26,733 nt of DNA from a virus (Duplodnaviria; Caudoviricetes): positions 1-26,733 of the IMG/VR virus record IMGVR_UViG_3300011337_000185, one strand, 5' to 3'. Positions 7,739 to 16,608 of the stretch are shown one piece after another. Position numbers and translations under genes: made by a program. The notes beneath the pieces were generated by a model, which ran no database searches, was not told the DNA's origin, and saw nothing but the letters and a program-made list of their open reading frames with translations. Within the stretch, counting starts at the first letter, position 1, and each line of letters begins with the position of its first letter.

Positions 7739-10120
7739 ATGTCATTATACGATATGAACCCATTAGACGACGAAGAAGAACGCAAAAAGCGTGAAGCCAT
7801 TGCTGCCAGAATGGACGAAGAAGCCTATGGCAATCCTGTAGGACCAGTCACGCCAAGTTTCTTGGATACTGCTGGTCAGGCTATTGGTAATAGATTTAAT
7901 GCCGCTATGGACAGAGTAAGTAATGCTGGCGATGCTATAATGAATCCTCAACAAGCCTTACAACAGCGTATGGCTAACGAACAACAACAAGAAGCAGCCG
8001 ATACTGAAGTTAAAACACAGACCGTTAAAACTTATGGTGATGGCAGTCAAGAACAAGTTGTAAAAACACAGATTCCTGCTCAACAAGCACAGCAACAGGC
8101 ACCACAACAAACCCAACAAGCACCTATGGCTGCTATGATGGGTCCTGTGGCTCCAAATAGTCCTGAAGCACAACAACAAGCACAGCAATTTGCTCAAGCA
8201 ATGGCACAAGCCCAACAACGCCCAGCCATTGCCGAAAATATGGTTGCTAAAGCAGAAGCACAACAACCACAACAAAAACCTATGGGTGCTATGGCACCTA
8301 CTAATTATAGTTTAGCCACTGGTCAAGGTCAGCCAGGCATTCGTATGCCTCAAATGGCACCACAGGCAGGTCAAGTTGCGGCTGCTCCAGGAGCAAGTTT
8401 AGCACAAATGGGTGCTGGTGCTCAGGCACAACCTCGTCCAGCAGTTCAGGGAACACCTTATACACCAACAGCAGAGCGTGAAGTAGAACAGCCACAACCT
8501 TGGGTTCAGGCTGCTAATGATGCTGGCACAGACTTTTATAAGTTGTTAGATGTTGCTAATAAACATCCTGAAAGTCGTCAAATCATTGGCGAAAAGATTA
8601 AACAAAGTTTTAAGCAACAAACAATGAAAGATGAAGCAGACGAAGTAATGAAGGCTGCTCAGGCAGGTGATTTATCAGCACAGAATAAGATTTTACAAAG
8701 TATTAAACCAGAAAAAGGCAGACAAAAAGAAGAAGTCACCGTAAATGACTATCTTAAAGCAGTATTATATAAGCGTTTAGGTTTAGATGCTATGGCTGCC
8801 GATGTTCAAAACAAAATCATTGGAAAAAATACAAAATTCGGTCAGGTCACAATTGGTAATGCCAATTGGGAAACTGAAACTGACAGCAGTGGTAGAATTA
8901 TTAGAGCCGTTGATAAAGATGGTGTAGTTGCCACTGAATCTACATTAAATCAAATTCGTGCTGGTGCTCAAAAGTTTGGTAGTCAAGCATTCGGCTTTAC
9001 TGGCGAAAGTGCTACTATTCCAGTTGGTCAAGCAGATGCTGGTCAAGAATATCGTCAAAGAACTAATAGTGTTAGTGGTGCCATTGAAAATGTTATTACT
9101 ACTGGACCTAATGCTGGTAAGATTTACTCTGGACCTCCTGGTGCGGCTAAATCTGTGGGCACAAGTTATAGCAAAGCATTAAATGATGCTTACATTAAAT
9201 TCCAAACAGCCCCAACTATTGAGATGGCTAAAACAATGTTGGACATTGCTGGTCAAGTTGATAGTGGTGATGGCAAAACTATTGGTATGGTAAATGACAA
9301 AATTCGTCAATTACAACCAGGAATTTTTAACCAAATTAGTTCAGGTCAATCAGGTAATCCTCCAGCACCTACTGGAACTGGTAATAATGCCAAAATGCTT
9401 GAAAGCCTAAACAGAGATTTAGAGGCTAATGCTCGTGAAGTATCGAGAATGCCTGCTAATGATCCACGCAGAATAATATTGGCAGATGAACGCCAGAAAA
9501 CTGAGGCAAGAATCGCAGAACTTGGTGGCAGAGTTGCTCCAAGTGTAGGTGGTGCCGCTACTGGAACTGCTGGAACAAGTTTAGGAGCACAAAAGGCTGC
9601 TATTGGAACTCAAGCCGCACTAACTGAAGCCGAAGGTAAGCCTCCAGCAGAAGCCCGTGGTAAAGGTAAGGCACAAGATATTACTAACCAACGAAGTGCT
9701 GATGAAAACTACGGTTTAATACAGCCTGTTGCTGATTTAATTAAAAAATCTACAGGCAGCGGTATTGGTGCCAGAGTAGATACATTAGCAGGGTTATTTG
9801 GTGTAGGCACTAATGGTGCTCAGGCTATTGCTCAATTAAATACAATGTCATATCCGTTTAAGTATATGATTCCACGCTTTGAAGGTCCGCAGAGTGACAG
9901 AGATACTAACTTATATGTAGAAGCCGCTGGTGATTTTGCCAATCCTAAAAAGACACAGGCAGAACGATTGTCTGCTTTACAAGGTATGATCTTTATTCTT
10001 AAAAAATATGATAAAGAAGGTAAAAACGACTGGACATTTGGTGGGCAAGACCCAACTTCTACTGCTAAACCTCCAGCAGGTCAAACAAGTAGTGGCAACA
10101 AGTTTAAGAAAGTAGAATAA
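7739..10120 (+). CDS. probable DNA-ejection / internal virion protein
   Basis: 793 aa; Gln/Ala/Pro low-complexity N-half; C-terminal TGSGIGA...PRFEGPQSDRD segment reminiscent of podovirus injection proteins; position in the module. Confidence 0.55.
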   Translation: MSLYDMNPLDDEEERKKREAIAARMDEEAYGNPVGPVTPSFLDTAGQAIGNRFNAAMDRVSNAGDAIMNPQQALQQRMANEQQQEAADTEVKTQTVKTYGDGSQEQVVKTQIPAQQAQQQAPQQTQQAPMAAMMGPVAPNSPEAQQQAQQFAQAMAQAQQRPAIAENMVAKAEAQQPQQKPMGAMAPTNYSLATGQGQPGIRMPQMAPQAGQVAAAPGASLAQMGAGAQAQPRPAVQGTPYTPTAEREVEQPQPWVQAANDAGTDFYKLLDVANKHPESRQIIGEKIKQSFKQQTMKDEADEVMKAAQAGDLSAQNKILQSIKPEKGRQKEEVTVNDYLKAVLYKRLGLDAMAADVQNKIIGKNTKFGQVTIGNANWETETDSSGRIIRAVDKDGVVATESTLNQIRAGAQKFGSQAFGFTGESATIPVGQADAGQEYRQRTNSVSGAIENVITTGPNAGKIYSGPPGAAKSVGTSYSKALNDAYIKFQTAPTIEMAKTMLDIAGQVDSGDGKTIGMVNDKIRQLQPGIFNQISSGQSGNPPAPTGTGNNAKMLESLNRDLEANAREVSRMPANDPRRIILADERQKTEARIAELGGRVAPSVGGAATGTAGTSLGAQKAAIGTQAALTEAEGKPPAEARGKGKAQDITNQRSADENYGLIQPVADLIKKSTGSGIGARVDTLAGLFGVGTNGAQAIAQLNTMSYPFKYMIPRFEGPQSDRDTNLYVEAAGDFANPKKTQAERLSALQGMIFILKKYDKEGKNDWTFGGQDPTSTAKPPAGQTSSGNKFKKVE

Positions 10121-13100
10121 TGGCATTTGTTTATGAAGTCAATGGACAAAAGGTAGAGTTTGATAAAGAACCTACCGAAGCAGACATTGATGAGGCTGCT
10201 CGTGCCTTACGCCCTGCCCCTAAATCACAACAACAGCGTCCTGTAGAGGGTGCTGGTGGTGCTGCCTTTGGTGTTTATCGCCCACAAGGTAGAAGACCAG
10301 AAAGTCAGCAAGACCGTGAAGCAGCCAAAGAAATGGCACCTCAAAGTTTGAGAGGTTTAGTCACAGGTAGTTTAGGTGCTCCCAGCGATATATTAAACTT
10401 GCCAGGCACCGTATATAGTGCGGTTTCTGGACAGCCTGCTCCTTATAAAGTTCCGTTAGGCAGCGAAGAATGGAATCAAATGCTTCCGTTTCGTGTTGAT
10501 ACCCCTCACGCTAATTTAGGTAGGTTTGGTGGTGAAGTTATGGCACCGTTTCCAGGAGCCGTGGTTGCTAAAACAATACCAAAAGCCGTGGGAGCAGTTG
10601 GTGATGTAGTCAGTGGTGCTGTAGGCACAGGCACAGGATATATTGCCAGACCTGGCAGAACTCCCCGTGGTTATCAACAACCAAGCCAAAGAAATCCTAT
10701 AGGTGCTACATTTACACCTCCAGAAGAGTTCGCAAAGTTTGAGCGTGGTGAATTACCCTACGGTCAAATGCCAGAACAACGACCTATCAGCGAATTACCT
10801 GAAGGTAGATTAGACCGTGCCGCAATGATGCTCAGTGGCGGTAATATTCCCAACGCAGGACAAGGTCCTAAAGCATTTGGCGAACGATTGGGTGAAACTT
10901 ATAGAAATCCACTAACTGCTGCCGCAGACATTGGCAGTATGTTCTTTACTGGTGGTGTTCCAGTGTTATCTACATTACGAGGTGGTTTGGCTGGTGTTCA
11001 AGCATTAGCAGATATGCGTTTAGCCAACAAAGGATTCACTCCAGAGTTGCCAAAAATTCTCAACGAATATCAAACAGGTGTTCGTCCATTACCAGGCGTC
11101 CAACCAGGACCTATGCCCAGAGATTTTATGGCTTCTGGAGCAGTAAATCCTGCGGCACAGGCAGCAATGGCTACTACTCAAGCCAAGGTAGCACAAAATC
11201 AACCACGAGCACCCAGGGCACCAGTTCAGCCACGAGCAGAATGGCAGTTGCCTGATGTTGGCACTCATTATACAATGGCTGAACAGGGCAGCACTAACTT
11301 TGGTGATACATTTAACCGAGCAGTAGCAGCCAGACAAGCAGATTTATTAAAAGATGCCAGACAGCGTGGTCAAAAACTAACACCACAACAGGCAGAAGAT
11401 TTAGCCTACGACGAAATTAAAGAATGGCGTGGGCAGAATGTAGAAGCATTTAAGCCTAAACAAGAACCCGCAGGACCAACTATTGCTCAACCAGGTGAAA
11501 CACCAGCATTGGTAAAAACCCCAGGTGAAGGCACATTAGATAAACCTAATGTAGAGTTTGATAGAAGTGATTGGTTTAAATTACAAACTAAAGTAAAGTT
11601 AGGCAAACCGCTGTCTGCTGGCGAACAAAGTTTAGCAGATAAAATTACAAACAGATATGGTCCTGATCCTTTTGGCAGTGGTGACTTGTCTGGTAATAAG
11701 ATGTTTAACACGGTAGCACAAGGCGAAACTCAACCCGTGCCAGTAGATACTACACCAGTGGCTGCGGTAGAACCAACACCTACAGCAGAAATGCCTGTGG
11801 TAGAAACTAAAAAACGAGATATGAGTTTGAATAACGCCAGCAAGGATTTTACTTCTACTTTAGAAGATATCTATAATAAAAATCTTTCTCCAGAAGAATC
11901 AATAAAAGCAATTGATGATGCTGTAAAAAAATATGAAATTGTCACATATAAAAAGCAAATGCGAGTATATGACGAAGCGTATGATGCTGCCATTGCTGAA
12001 TTAAAACCACCTGAAGAAGCGAGAAAGGCTGGGAATTTAGCATTAAAACGCCACGGCTTACCATTATTGAGTGGCGAACGATCTGTAGCAAGATTGAAGC
12101 CAAAAGATACAAACAAACAAGAAACTGCTATGGGACAGGCTTGGTTTGATGATACAATTAAAAATGCTGATAAACCAACTAAACAAATGTATCAGGATAT
12201 GTTGGAAAGATACAACGGTGATGTTGCTCAATTATACAGAGATATCAGTGCTCAACAAGCAGGTAAAACTACAGGAAAATCATTGTTTGAAGAACCTTTG
12301 GAACAGGCTGACACAGGTAAGTATAATACTATGCCTGAAACTACACCTACAAAACCATTGACTAAAAAACAAATAAAAGAACAAGAGAGATTAGATAACG
12401 AAGCCGCAAGAATGAGAGAAGTCCAAACTCCTTATATTAAGGACATCACAGGCGAAAGCGAATCTACATTTAATAATTTAGTAGATCATATGCGTAATCG
12501 TCCTTATATGGCTGGAGTAGAACGCAGTAAATCTCGTGTTAAAGGCACAGGAGAAGTTTTTACACCTACACCATTAGTTGATGAAATGTTAAAACATATT
12601 CCAGAAAATTCTTGGACTGATAAAACACAAACATTTTTAGATCCTGCCGCAGGAGATGGACAGATTTTAAGTGAAATTGTTTTGCGTAAAATACAGAATG
12701 GTGCTACACATAAACAAGCATTGGAAAATACTTATGGTGTAGATATTATGGCGGATAATGTTAAAGTATTGCGTGATAGACTAATCGGAGGCAACGAAAG
12801 TCTGCGTCCTATCGCTGAACAAAACTTATTAGTTGGTAATGCGTTAGATCCGTTTGAAAAAGTTCCTGGACAAACAGCATTAGATCATAAGCGTATGGTT
12901 GAAGTATTTGGTGAAAACGAAATTGAAAGTTTGCGTGATAAAGCCAAAACATTACCAAGTAAGAAAGCCGCTGAGTTAAATGCTAAAGCAGATGAGTTGG
13001 AAAAATATTCTAAATCATTAGGTATTAAACCTGAAAAATCTACTCCACCTAAAGATGTTTTAGAAATGAAAACTGGCGGTAAAGAATTTGCCAGCAAAGC

Positions 13101-13365
13101 AGACTTTGAAGAACAAGCATTGATGGATAAACTCGCTGGTAAAATAACCACAGGTTCGTTTGTAGATAACGGTATGCGTTATGAAATTAGTGCTATTGAC
13201 TACGGAAATGCTCCAAGACAATTATTAGAAAGTTTGAACAAACCACTAACACAGGTTAGAGTATTCAGTGAAAAAACTGGAAATCAAATATCTGGACCTG
13301 CTGTAGAAATACCAGAAAAGTCATTGAGACAAAGAGTAGAAGAGAAGATGAGAAAGCGTAAATAA
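10120..13365 (+). CDS. large probable ejection protein with an embedded truncated N6-adenine DNA methyltransferase-like (SAM-binding) domain
   Basis: 1081 aa, TAATG-coupled to the previous gene; GEVFTP (motif X), FLDPAAGDGQIL (motif I), YGVDI and GNAL at about 12520-12852; no NPPY/DPPY in the protein. Confidence 0.7.
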   Translation: MAFVYEVNGQKVEFDKEPTEADIDEAARALRPAPKSQQQRPVEGAGGAAFGVYRPQGRRPESQQDREAAKEMAPQSLRGLVTGSLGAPSDILNLPGTVYSAVSGQPAPYKVPLGSEEWNQMLPFRVDTPHANLGRFGGEVMAPFPGAVVAKTIPKAVGAVGDVVSGAVGTGTGYIARPGRTPRGYQQPSQRNPIGATFTPPEEFAKFERGELPYGQMPEQRPISELPEGRLDRAAMMLSGGNIPNAGQGPKAFGERLGETYRNPLTAAADIGSMFFTGGVPVLSTLRGGLAGVQALADMRLANKGFTPELPKILNEYQTGVRPLPGVQPGPMPRDFMASGAVNPAAQAAMATTQAKVAQNQPRAPRAPVQPRAEWQLPDVGTHYTMAEQGSTNFGDTFNRAVAARQADLLKDARQRGQKLTPQQAEDLAYDEIKEWRGQNVEAFKPKQEPAGPTIAQPGETPALVKTPGEGTLDKPNVEFDRSDWFKLQTKVKLGKPLSAGEQSLADKITNRYGPDPFGSGDLSGNKMFNTVAQGETQPVPVDTTPVAAVEPTPTAEMPVVETKKRDMSLNNASKDFTSTLEDIYNKNLSPEESIKAIDDAVKKYEIVTYKKQMRVYDEAYDAAIAELKPPEEARKAGNLALKRHGLPLLSGERSVARLKPKDTNKQETAMGQAWFDDTIKNADKPTKQMYQDMLERYNGDVAQLYRDISAQQAGKTTGKSLFEEPLEQADTGKYNTMPETTPTKPLTKKQIKEQERLDNEAARMREVQTPYIKDITGESESTFNNLVDHMRNRPYMAGVERSKSRVKGTGEVFTPTPLVDEMLKHIPENSWTDKTQTFLDPAAGDGQILSEIVLRKIQNGATHKQALENTYGVDIMADNVKVLRDRLIGGNESLRPIAEQNLLVGNALDPFEKVPGQTALDHKRMVEVFGENEIESLRDKAKTLPSKKAAELNAKADELEKYSKSLGIKPEKSTPPKDVLEMKTGGKEFASKADFEEQALMDKLAGKITTGSFVDNGMRYEISAIDYGNAPRQLLESLNKPLTQVRVFSEKTGNQISGPAVEIPEKSLRQRVEEKMRKRK

Positions 13366-13366
13366 T
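13359..13366 (+). promoter_or_regulatory. putative late promoter TAAATAAT, leaderless start
   Basis: TAAATA-ATAGT-ATG(13370); overlaps the upstream AAA-TAA codons. Confidence 0.65.
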
Positions 13367-13369
13367 AGT

Positions 13370-13801
13370 ATGACAACAACAGAACAACTAACCAAAGTCT
13401 TTAATGACAACTTCGTAGCATACTACAGAAGCCACGCTGCCCACGCAAACATCACAGGCAGAAACTTTAGAAGCGACCACAAGTTGCTTCAGGGCGTGTA
13501 TGAACGCAGACAAGCACAGATTGATGTAATCGGTGAATTATTACGCACTTTACAAGCGTTTATGCCCACAGACTTATACGAAATTATCAACAACTCGGAT
13601 TTGCCTACAGATGCTATAGAAGGCACGGCAGATGAGTTGCTTGAAATGGTAATGGCTGATTTAGACCAACTTTGTGAATGTTATAAACAATTAAACGAAA
13701 TTGCTGAAGAAGAAGAACACGATGAAATCAGCAATTACGCACAAGAACAGATTTTAGATTTGAATAAGAGTTTATGGATGTTGCGTAGCACATTAGAATA
13801 A
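13370..13801 (+). CDS. dps: Dps-family ferritin-like protein
   Basis: 143 aa; H25, H37, D52, E56 have the Dps ferroxidase spacing (H, H+12, D+27, E+31); HxNxxGxxF motif; C-terminal KSLWML. Confidence 0.85.
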   Translation: MTTTEQLTKVFNDNFVAYYRSHAAHANITGRNFRSDHKLLQGVYERRQAQIDVIGELLRTLQAFMPTDLYEIINNSDLPTDAIEGTADELLEMVMADLDQLCECYKQLNEIAEEEEHDEISNYAQEQILDLNKSLWMLRSTLE

Positions 13802-14281
13802 ACGCTTGTAAGCGTATGACCCACGGACATCATAACCTTGGCGTTGATGTAGTTTAAGAAAAGCCTGTTGGTCATTACGCATAGTAGTGGAACAGATTAT
13901 TGGACTTTGAGATAACAATGCGAAACCTTCCCATAGTTGTATCATATCTCGCAATAATTGGATTCTGTCTCTACTGGACAAGCGTAGATCAAGGTGTGCC
14001 ATACGCACTCCAACCATCTTATCGTCCGACCACGGAGCAAAGTCGTTAGATTTAGCCCAAGTGTAAGCCAGTAGATTGCCAGTAGGTTCTACAGCAACAC
14101 TAAAGAGTTCAGTGGTGGGTTTATAGAATTGATTTATAATTGCCAATGTAATATTACGAGAATATGTAATTGGCTCAGGAGTAAAGATAGTATCAATCTC
14201 AGTTTGGAAGTTGGCTTCAGCCAAGGCTACTATAGCAGTGACATCTTGTCCTGTTGCTGGTCGCCAAATATATGAGTTCAT
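13793..14281 (-). CDS. GNAT-fold acetyltransferase-like protein
   Basis: WRPATGQDVTAI start and AFLKLHQRQGY end typical of GNATs; start placed at ATG 14281 because GAAAGG SD precedes it; 9-nt convergent overlap with dps. Confidence 0.6.
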   Translation of the reverse strand: MNSYIWRPATGQDVTAIVALAEANFQTEIDTIFTPEPITYSRNITLAIINQFYKPTTELFSVAVEPTGNLLAYTWAKSNDFAPWSDDKMVGVRMAHLDLRLSSRDRIQLLRDMIQLWEGFALLSQSPIICSTTMRNDQQAFLKLHQRQGYDVRGSYAYKRLF

Positions 14282-14306
14282 TTCATAACCTTTCAAATGT
14301 ATTGTA

Positions 14307-14312
14307 TATTTA
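14307..14312 (-). promoter_or_regulatory. putative late promoter (TAAATA) for the GNAT gene
   Basis: Minus strand reads tTAAATAtacaatacatttGAAAGGttatgaaATG, with a leader similar to that at 6988. Confidence 0.55.
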
Positions 14313-14317
14313 ATCTG

Positions 14318-14327
14318 TATAAATAAT
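14318..14327 (+). promoter_or_regulatory. putative late promoter TATAAATAAT, leaderless start
   Basis: Perfect T4-late octamer TATAAATA (14318-14325), then ATAGT, then ATG 14331. Confidence 0.75.
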
Positions 14328-14330
14328 AGT

Positions 14331-14705
14331 ATGGCAACAGAAAAGAAAAAAGAGAAAATCTCTACAAAAGCAGAACCGAACTTAAAGAGTCACGGTGGAT
14401 GGCGTCCTGGCTGCGGCAGAAAATTAGGCAGCAAAGACGCTATAACTATTAGTGGTTTATTAGATCAGGTTTATACCCAAGCACAGGGCAAAGATTATGA
14501 AGAATTATTGATTGAAGACTTTATAAAGGCTCGCAACAATAATGATAGTGCCACGGTTATTAAATATCACAATCTTATATTGAGTAAGGTTATGAATAGT
14601 CTTGCTAAAATTGAAGTCAATGATAGTGCTGACGCAGTAGCGGCAAAACAACAGGCATTTGCTGACGCACTTGCTAAACTAACTGGGGTCAATACGACTA
14701 AATAA
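14331..14705 (+). CDS. probable terminase small subunit-like protein
   Basis: 124 aa; HGGWRPGCGRKLGSK resembles the GGxRxGxGRxxG N-terminus of many TerS-like proteins; upstream of terL but not adjacent. Confidence 0.5.
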   Translation: MATEKKKEKISTKAEPNLKSHGGWRPGCGRKLGSKDAITISGLLDQVYTQAQGKDYEELLIEDFIKARNNNDSATVIKYHNLILSKVMNSLAKIEVNDSADAVAAKQQAFADALAKLTGVNTTK

Positions 14706-14706
14706 T
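14699..14706 (+). promoter_or_regulatory. putative late promoter TAAATAAT, leaderless start
   Basis: TAAATA-ATACT-ATG(14710). Confidence 0.65.
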
Positions 14707-14709
14707 ACT

Positions 14710-14871
14710 ATGGCAACTAAACCTGGACTATATGCTAACATCGCTGCCAAGCGTGAGCGAATCAAATCTGGCTCTGGAGAGTCAATGCGTAAGCCTGGAA
14801 CTACAGGTGCTCCAACGGCTAAAGCATTTAAGCAATCAGCCAAAACTGCTAAAAAAGGAAAAAGCAAATGA
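14710..14871 (+). CDS. small basic protein (53 aa; not in the ORF track)
   Basis: MATKPGLYANIAAKRERIKSGSGESMRKPGTTGAPTAKAFKQSAKTAKKGKSK; fills the gap exactly, follows a promoter motif and overlaps the next gene by ATGA. Confidence 0.8.
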   Translation: MATKPGLYANIAAKRERIKSGSGESMRKPGTTGAPTAKAFKQSAKTAKKGKSK

Positions 14872-15179
14872 AAGACAATAATTTATCTTATGCTATTGGT
14901 GGCGAGGCTGCTAAAGGCTCACACAAATATAGTGGCAATCAATATCAAACAACTAACCCTAATGCTATGATCAACAAAGGTCGTGGTCCTACCGTTGGTA
15001 ATAAAAGCAATGACTCTACCCCAGGTAGTCACGGAATGCCAGCACACAACGCTGGTAAAGAAACAACTATGGGCTGTCATCACCCACAAGTTCGTAATCC
15101 AAGTGGCACAAAAGAAATGCCTAACCGTGGTAAAGAAACATTTAACTACGGCAGAGGTCCAACAAAAGGAAACGCATAA
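14868..15179 (+). CDS. small Gly/Asn-rich, probably disordered protein
   Basis: 103 aa; AAAGGA SD; two GRGPTxGN motifs. Confidence 0.75.
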   Translation: MKDNNLSYAIGGEAAKGSHKYSGNQYQTTNPNAMINKGRGPTVGNKSNDSTPGSHGMPAHNAGKETTMGCHHPQVRNPSGTKEMPNRGKETFNYGRGPTKGNA

Positions 15180-15472
15180 TGTCTAATCCAATGAGCAAAC
15201 CAATCAACCAAAAGCGTGGTCCTCAAACAGGCAACGCAGGTAGTATGACTAAACGCAATGCGTTTATGGATGCTAAATCTACCAGCAGTAGTGAAAAAGC
15301 AACTTTAGCCAATATGGTGACAAGTGCTTTAGAAATGCGTGGCAGAGGTCAAGCAGGTAAAACTAACCCAGCGTTAGAAGGCTTACACGAACGCACAGGA
15401 CCTAAATCTAATCCAACAGCCAGTAATAGCAAACTACCTGGCAAATACAAAAAACCTACCACAAAAGGTTAA
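15179..15472 (+). CDS. small basic protein
   Basis: 97 aa; AAAGGA SD; TAATG coupling; KRGPQTGN motif. Confidence 0.75.
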   Translation: MSNPMSKPINQKRGPQTGNAGSMTKRNAFMDAKSTSSSEKATLANMVTSALEMRGRGQAGKTNPALEGLHERTGPKSNPTASNSKLPGKYKKPTTKG

Positions 15473-15477
15473 AGTAG

Positions 15478-15485
15478 TATAAATA
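15478..15485 (+). promoter_or_regulatory. putative late promoter TATAAATA
   Basis: Perfect TATAAATA in the intergenic gap. Confidence 0.65.
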
Positions 15486-15487
15486 AC

Positions 15488-15516
15488 AGAGCAGTCCAAG
15501 ACTGCTCTTGTTTTGT
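15488..15516 (+). terminator. stem-loop, probable intrinsic terminator
   Basis: AGAGCAGTC-caa-GACTGCTCT followed by TGTTTTGT. Confidence 0.6.
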
Positions 15517-15538
15517 ATAGTTATGAAAGGAAATTGAA

Positions 15539-16315
15539 ATGATAACAAGCAATACAGATAATCCGTGGAACGACAAACCACAAGCAGATGCTACCATTGG
15601 CGTAGATCTCGCAAAACCAAAAAAAGCACAACCCCTTAAAGCACTCACAAATGCTGAGTATGATTTAGAAGGATTGATGACTGACTTTCCCACAGCCAAA
15701 GAACTTGAGCGTTTCGTATTTGACGAAACAGGCATCGTTCTAAACTTAAAGGGCAGAGCAAATAAACTAAAGTATCAGGTAGCAATGGACGCTCTCAATG
15801 GCGTAGAGATTGATCCTAAATTCACAGGTGAAAACAATCCTTATATTGACAAGGCTGAACTAATCCCTGAAGAACCACTTAAAGAAGTTCCTGCCAGAGA
15901 TCCAAGCCTACCTGACCGTAGCGAAACTCAAAATATATTCTATAGTCCTATTGTCCCACATCCAGATGCTAATGAACGAGCACAGGATAAGAAGGTCCAT
16001 ATGATGTTCCGCAAATACAAAAACGGAATGATCAGTTATGAGATTATGGGACCGTTAGAACAACGACCATTCGGTGAAAAGATTGACAAGTTTGGTAGAA
16101 CACGCCCAGAGATTATTAAATGGGTAGATCCACGCACAGGCGAACAAGTTGTTGTTCGTGAAGATGGCACACTAACACCACAGGGCAAACGCTTGCGTGG
16201 TATGATGATGACATTCAAAGTCAATAAGTCAAACCAGTGGGAAGTCTGGGTTGATCGTGAGTTTATTAGTCTTGATGACTCAGTTCGTAATAACCCTTGG
16301 GACTTGACAAAATGA
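15539..16315 (+). CDS. hypothetical protein (258 aa)
   Basis: GAAAGGA SD; long ORF; no family recognised. Confidence 0.8.
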   Translation: MITSNTDNPWNDKPQADATIGVDLAKPKKAQPLKALTNAEYDLEGLMTDFPTAKELERFVFDETGIVLNLKGRANKLKYQVAMDALNGVEIDPKFTGENNPYIDKAELIPEEPLKEVPARDPSLPDRSETQNIFYSPIVPHPDANERAQDKKVHMMFRKYKNGMISYEIMGPLEQRPFGEKIDKFGRTRPEIIKWVDPRTGEQVVVREDGTLTPQGKRLRGMMMTFKVNKSNQWEVWVDREFISLDDSVRNNPWDLTK

Positions 16316-16608
16316 CAAGCCGTGAAGCAGAAATCAAGGCAGCACAAGACGCTGCCAGATACAATGACACACTTATCTTACAAAAGGTAAATGCCAGTCA
16401 TCGTATCGCATTTGCTGACAAGTATCCAAATCAGGTTGAACATATCCTTCGTTTAATAACAGAGCGATTACAACTTGGTTTGACTAAACTTGAAGGCACT
16501 GACTTACAACAGCCAAAAACTTGGATTTTAAGTTGTGAAGAAATAGAGCACCTTGCTCAGGCAATGTTTTATGTTCATCAAGTTAGACAAGACTTAAAGG
16601 CTGAATAA
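16312..16608 (+). CDS. hypothetical protein coupled to terL (alternative TerS candidate)
   Basis: Start moved to ATG 16312 (ATGA overlap with the upstream stop); TAATG coupling to terL. Confidence 0.7.
   Translation: MTSREAEIKAAQDAARYNDTLILQKVNASHRIAFADKYPNQVEHILRLITERLQLGLTKLEGTDLQQPKTWILSCEEIEHLAQAMFYVHQVRQDLKAE

Noticed and set aside
10120-13365. Functional restriction-modification methyltransferase
   Set aside because: There is no catalytic motif IV, target-recognition domain or partner nuclease; reported as a truncated domain instead.
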